DNA from: a virus
Lineage: Duplodnaviria > Heunggongvirae > Uroviricota > Caudoviricetes
Length of the DNA stretch: 41,687 nt
Virus record (IMG/VR): IMGVR_UViG_2585427754_000009
Reading direction: 5' to 3' (one strand)
Below are positions 37,514 to 41,687 of the stretch, one piece after another. The notes beneath the pieces are model-generated. The model was given only the letters and a program-made list of their open reading frames with translations, was not told where the DNA came from and searched no databases. The translations under genes and the position numbers were made by a program. The first letter of the stretch is position 1; each line of letters starts with the position of its first letter.

Positions 37514-37539
37514 TTCTCCCAAACCAACGTTTATGAAAA
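37514..37539. repeat. Invertase crossover site (gix/pix-like), right
   Basis: TTCTCCCAAACCAACGTTTATGAAAA; inverted copy of the left site; lies just upstream of the invertase remnant. Confidence 0.75.
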
Positions 37540-37593
37540 TGCAGAAATAACGAGCAAATGGCATCATTCCTGCTTTTGTCAGGGGGAGCTACC

Positions 37594-37722
37594 ATGCTTA
37601 TTGGCTATGTACGCGTATCAACAAATGACCAGAACACCGATCTACAACGTAATGCGTTGAGCTGTGCAGGATGCGAGCTGATTTTTGAAGACAAGATAAG
37701 CGGTACAAAGTCCGAAACCTAG
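37594..37722 (+). pseudogene. pin: Truncated serine DNA invertase (Pin/Gin/Hin family), 42 codons only
   Basis: AGGGGGAG RBS then MLIGYVRVSTNDQNTDLQRNALSCAGCELIFEDKISGTKSE, matching the Pin N-terminus from memory including the catalytic Ser in VRVSTNDQ; then an immediate stop and unrelated AT-rich DNA. Confidence 0.85.
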
Positions 37723-37817
37723 GGCTGACACTGCTGTTCTTGTTGCAAATTAAAGGATTTAATAGTGAGTAGCGGCCTTACTAATGTAAAGCCGCTATAA
37801 TCATTTTATTAATTGCA

Positions 37818-39707
37818 TTAATCGTGTTTTGGCCATACTTTCAATGCAATTTCCCCCAACTTTTTACCCCGCTCCAGGATTTCATCCTCATCCCATTTAT
37901 CCTTAACTATAAGTGGAATGTTCAGTCGTAGATTGGTGTGGACGATGAGAGCATCACGTTTTTTCAGAAATACAGCATTCTGAACAGAACGGTTTACGCT
38001 AAGGTTAAGCAAAGTTAGATTTCCCAACGTAGCTATCGCTTGTTGCCGTTTCCTTACCAGTAGCTGTTCAGGGGTAAGATCGGTTCCAGACAGAACAATT
38101 TGGTTCAATACCGTAGCATCTGAATTTGTCACCATATGACCATTTTCGAGAGGCCAACAGGAATACCAACTTTGAGGCATAAGATGATCGATATCGAGGT
38201 TAGAAAGATTTGGAACATCAGGCTTCTCTGTCTTCACTTGGCGACAAAGTTCTCTTTCAAGTTCCGTTAACATTGAGCGCATTTTCGGTGCGTCGAGCCT
38301 GCCAGGATAAAGTGGAGCATTGATGCAAGCGTTGAGAAATTCTGAGTCCCCAGGCCAACGTGAGGCTTCGCCATTTAAGCTATTGAGGATATTACGTAAC
38401 TCAACACTGGAAATTTCCGTTTTAGACAAGTGCCGCAATACATTCATAAATACATTGTTGTAATTCTTTGGCGTCAGGCCACATACGGCTCTTCGTACTA
38501 CGTAGGAGACAAGATCATTATACATGGCTGCTTTCTCATCATCGGCGATGTTAGCTATCGAAATGAACAAAGCAAGCGGATAAAGTGTCGTCACATCATA
38601 GGCTGCGATGCGATGTCCAAAGTGTGAGATGGGGGTTGTGCCAAAACCACCAACCAATTCTTTATATTGTGATGCATATTGTTTGAGGCGCTTTACTTGC
38701 AGATCTGCTCGTTGTGAAGGCAAGTCCTTACTTACATAATCACGATACTCATTGTAAAGACGAGACAGATCGATTTCACGTTGCCTTTCTGATTGCAATG
38801 TCGCATGCACTAGCCACTCCATGCGTGGTTTATTAATACGACCACGACGTTGTCTTTCTGACCAGTACGTATCTTCAAAGATCTTCCACTCATTCTCATA
38901 TAATTCAACAGCATTAATATTTTCATGTTCAGCGCACATAAAAATATAATTGCGAATAAGATCTGTGGCATGAAGTTCCGCACCTCTGCCATTTAATGTT
39001 TCAAAAATTATTTGAGCGTCATCTTCAGCCTCGAGAAATATGCTTACTAGTTTCAGATCCGTCAAGACAGCCTCAATTAATGCTACAGCATTTTCTCGTG
39101 GTGAGTGATTTTCTATTTTAATCCACTTTATAAAGGCTTCAGTAAAAAAACATAATGCTTCTAGTGATGGCGGGTGATTAAAATGCTTACGCAACGTACC
39201 ATGCTGCGTGAAACTATCAGAGAATACATTCCGGATATCGTCAATATTTTCAACATTAAAACTTTGAATAAAATGAGTTTGATCCCGAAAAGTTGGCCAC
39301 AGTTTGAAGCGCTCTACTTCTTTATTTCGCATTGTGTCTTCGTTTGAGTTTTTCAGGCAAGACGAAATGAGAGGCTCTAAGTTGGAAAGATCTGTCGCAC
39401 GTAATGCTAATCGGATGGATGCCAGAACATATTGAAGAGTGGTCAATCGTTGCTGACCATCAATAATATGTATGGAATCTACACCTAATAATCCTTTTTT
39501 TGGTTGAGGTTCCAGTACCACTGCACCAAGGAAATGGGGAGTTGGTTTTGTACCCGAGAGCCGGGATTGTGCTTTCTCTAGGATATCCTCCAGTAGAGCT
39601 GACCATTGGTTTCGCTGAGTCCATACATAGGCACGTTGATAGAATGGAACGCAGTATTGTCGGCGGTCTTGAAAAAGTTGTTGGACAGTTAGCGTCTCGG
39701 ATTTCAT
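37818..39707 (-). CDS. GmrSD-family type IV restriction endonuclease (DUF262 + DUF1524)
   Basis: N-terminal DUF262 motifs (VPFYQRAYVW and IIDGQQRLTTL). C-terminal DUF1524 His-Me finger region (DIDHLMPQSW...LGNLTLLNLSVNRSV). Start at MKSETLTVQQ (39705-39707) preferred over 39767. AT-rich island. Confidence 0.8.
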   Translation of the reverse strand: MKSETLTVQQLFQDRRQYCVPFYQRAYVWTQRNQWSALLEDILEKAQSRLSGTKPTPHFLGAVVLEPQPKKGLLGVDSIHIIDGQQRLTTLQYVLASIRLALRATDLSNLEPLISSCLKNSNEDTMRNKEVERFKLWPTFRDQTHFIQSFNVENIDDIRNVFSDSFTQHGTLRKHFNHPPSLEALCFFTEAFIKWIKIENHSPRENAVALIEAVLTDLKLVSIFLEAEDDAQIIFETLNGRGAELHATDLIRNYIFMCAEHENINAVELYENEWKIFEDTYWSERQRRGRINKPRMEWLVHATLQSERQREIDLSRLYNEYRDYVSKDLPSQRADLQVKRLKQYASQYKELVGGFGTTPISHFGHRIAAYDVTTLYPLALFISIANIADDEKAAMYNDLVSYVVRRAVCGLTPKNYNNVFMNVLRHLSKTEISSVELRNILNSLNGEASRWPGDSEFLNACINAPLYPGRLDAPKMRSMLTELERELCRQVKTEKPDVPNLSNLDIDHLMPQSWYSCWPLENGHMVTNSDATVLNQIVLSGTDLTPEQLLVRKRQQAIATLGNLTLLNLSVNRSVQNAVFLKKRDALIVHTNLRLNIPLIVKDKWDEDEILERGKKLGEIALKVWPKHD

Positions 39708-40512
39708 GGTATACCTGTAAGCGACATTGTACAAAAGTGAGGAGTTAATCTGATTTAGAACAATCATTTTATGTTGCTATGATACAACGTATTTGTTACC
39801 GGTTAAGTAAAAAACGCGTCTGAACGCTGACGTTTTAGGGCTTTACTAGTTATTCTTTCTTATCTCTTCATCATCCCATCGGCATCCTGTCGAGGTTGTT
39901 GACTTGTTGTTATTTATTTTGTTTAGGCGCTGTTTAATTATTATTGATGGGACTGGTGGTGAGAGGTGATTGAAACCGCAGACAGGTCGTATGCAAGACG
40001 TGCTGCGGTTGGCTGGTAAATGTTAGATAGTGCGAGTATTGAATGATTTCTAGCCGTTATTGATTTTACGTATTTTTGTATGAGAGGATTTGCATCTCCT
40101 GCCACCGACCCTCCATGACTTTACGCCACTGTCTCTAGGGCTGCTATGTGCCAGGAGCAGCCATTGCTAAGTCCATCCTGTATTGTGCAGGTCAGCTCGT
40201 TTTTAAAGAGTCCGGCCATCATCTTACTGGTACAGACACCATATACTTTGTGACGGTCAGGCTACATATGCACAACTCAACTTATTCATCTATTTTTTGC
40301 TTTAGCATGTCAGTGTTGCTTTCTCGTCGGCGGGTGAGCGGTGACCTGACCTGTCGATAAAGGAACGTAGCACGTTTTATGCAACACCCGCATGCGGCAG
40401 AAAATTATTGCCGAACGTTTACCCCTGTCAACAAGCTTTACTTTCTGAGGCGCGCCAGCCCGCGAGGAAAACAATCTGAACATCAAACAATTAATGACAC
40501 AAGAAATACGAT

Positions 40513-40539
40513 TAAAGATTTTTTTGTGCATGCCGATAG
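40513..40539 (+). promoter_or_regulatory. Sigma-28 (FliA) promoter of flxA
   Basis: TAAAGATT, 11 bp, GCCGATAG; near-perfect match to the class 3 flagellar consensus TAAAGTTT-N11-GCCGATAA; 24 bp upstream of the flxA ATG. Confidence 0.75.
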
Positions 40540-40562
40540 TGCTTTTTTAAAAGGAGAAATCT

Positions 40563-40895
40563 ATGTCTGTCACAATTCAGGGAAATACCTCAACCGTTAT
40601 TTCAAACAACTCCGCCCCGGAAGGAACATCAGAAATAGCCAAAATCACAAGACAAATTCAGGTGCTGACTGAAAAGCTTGGGAAAATCTCATCGGAAGAG
40701 GGGATGACGACACAGCAGAAAAAAGAAATGGCTGCATTGGTACAGAAGCAAATTGAAAGCCTCAGGGCTCAACTGGAGCAGTTGTTAAGGCAGCAGGCAG
40801 AGAAAAAGAATGAAGACGCGACAGTTCAGCCTGATAAAAAAGAAGAGAAAAAAGACGATACAAATACCGCTGGCACCATTGATATTTACGTCTAA
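40563..40895 (+). CDS. flxA: FlxA
   Basis: 110-aa product MSVTIQGNTSTVISNNSAPEGTSEIAKITRQIQVLTEKLGK... recognised from memory as E. coli FlxA; AAGGAGA RBS. Confidence 0.85.
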   Translation: MSVTIQGNTSTVISNNSAPEGTSEIAKITRQIQVLTEKLGKISSEEGMTTQQKKEMAALVQKQIESLRAQLEQLLRQQAEKKNEDATVQPDKKEEKKDDTNTAGTIDIYV

Positions 40896-40909
40896 GTGAC
40901 AGCCGTATT

Positions 40910-40932
40910 GTGGCCCTCATCGGGCCACTTTT
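40910..40932 (+). terminator. Intrinsic terminator after flxA
   Basis: GTGGCCC-tcatc-GGGCCAC hairpin followed by TTTT; 15 bp after the flxA stop. Confidence 0.7.
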
Positions 40933-41255
40933 CGCCATCAGTCTTTTCTTTAAAGACATATTATCTTTGTATCATTTCTGATAGTTAACATTACAAGATA
41001 TAAGTAATGGACGCACTCCCAATTAGTCTATTTAAATCGCCACGAGTTTAACTGACAACCCATGATCAATTATGAATTGCAACTATTTCTGTAGTCACTT
41101 TTGTGGGGACAGTCCACAAAACTGCCAACTTCCGCTTCTTGCTCATAGCGGACCTTACAACCACCTGATTGGTCCGCTCCGTGTCAGGAGCGGATACCGT
41201 AAGCATTTTATCCTCTGGAGGGGCATCCCTTTCAAGAAATGCATCCGTTGTGGAT

Positions 41256-41687
41256 TTATGCAACACCTGAAGCTACTAACAAAGAACAATTTGTCTGACC
41301 AAAGGCATTTTTTAGCAGCGGGAAAAGAGGGGGAAGTTCCGTTAGCGATTTTAGAGGCTTGAGGCTCTTAAGTGATTTAAGTGATGGCAAATTAGGTGTG
41401 GTAACCATGTCTTTTACTGCACAGGCAACATAGCCATCGTGATCAATCAACATACCATTAGTAAACCAGCCTAAATGATTCCCATTGAATCCATAAACAT
41501 CAAACTCATTGTTCTGGTTATGTTTAAGGTAGGCGCTTGGTTCACCCTCCCAACTATATAAAGTCAACTCGTCATCAAGTGAAATATAAACGACGGCGTT
41601 GCCTTGATTATCATATAGATCTAGGTCATTACTCGCAGTAACACAAGCTGAGAAAAGAAACATAACTAGCACGAGTGATTTTTTCAT
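41256..41687 (-). CDS. Hypothetical secreted protein (143 aa) with SLK repeats
   Basis: ATG is the last three bases of the window. Signal peptide MKKSLVLVMFLFSACVTA. Internal SLKSLKSLKPLKSL repeat. Confidence 0.6.
   Translation of the reverse strand: MKKSLVLVMFLFSACVTASNDLDLYDNQGNAVVYISLDDELTLYSWEGEPSAYLKHNQNNEFDVYGFNGNHLGWFTNGMLIDHDGYVACAVKDMVTTPNLPSLKSLKSLKPLKSLTELPPLFPLLKNAFGQTNCSLLVASGVA

Noticed and set aside
39770-41250. attR core or tRNA 3' fragment
   Set aside because: Only a 9 of 10 nt chance match (AGGTCGTATG) to the thrW 3' region; no GGTTCGA...CCA element. Cannot call attR without the left flank.

Overview
Almost the whole 41.7-kb window is one mosaic temperate prophage of an Escherichia/Shigella-type host, read from the integrase at the left edge to the tail fibres at about 37.5 kb. 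Modules in order: P22-type int/xis; a leftward accessory block resembling the CPS-53 yfdP-yfdT genes (includes an HD-domain hydrolase); a lambdoid immunity region (cI, cro, cII-like) with a shared 15-bp operator motif; an O-like replication initiator with internal iterons; a nin-like region (Dam methyltransferase, RusA, KilA-N, DUF968); Q antiterminator with pR'/tR'; a second orphan methyltransferase; lysis cassette (holin, lambda R-type transglycosylase, overlapped Rz/Rz1); HNH plus small and large terminase; HK97-type portal, protease and capsid; Mu-type contractile tail (sheath, tube, frameshifted chaperone, tape measure, baseplate genes gp43-gp48 equivalents); and a Gin/Pin-type invertible tail-fibre segment. 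Notable departures: an IS903-like element with 9-bp target duplication sits between the putative OL/pL and the leftward operon; the pin invertase is cut to 42 codons and followed by an AT-rich island carrying a DUF262/DUF1524 (GmrSD-family) type IV restriction gene; two AT-rich single-gene morons encode membrane-anchored proteins of unknown function; and a strongly structured non-coding stretch with direct repeats precedes an unrecognised plus-strand ORF. The right edge carries flxA with a textbook sigma-28 promoter and a secreted-protein gene. attL and attR were not identified in the window. All family assignments are from reading the translations and from memory; no database search was run.
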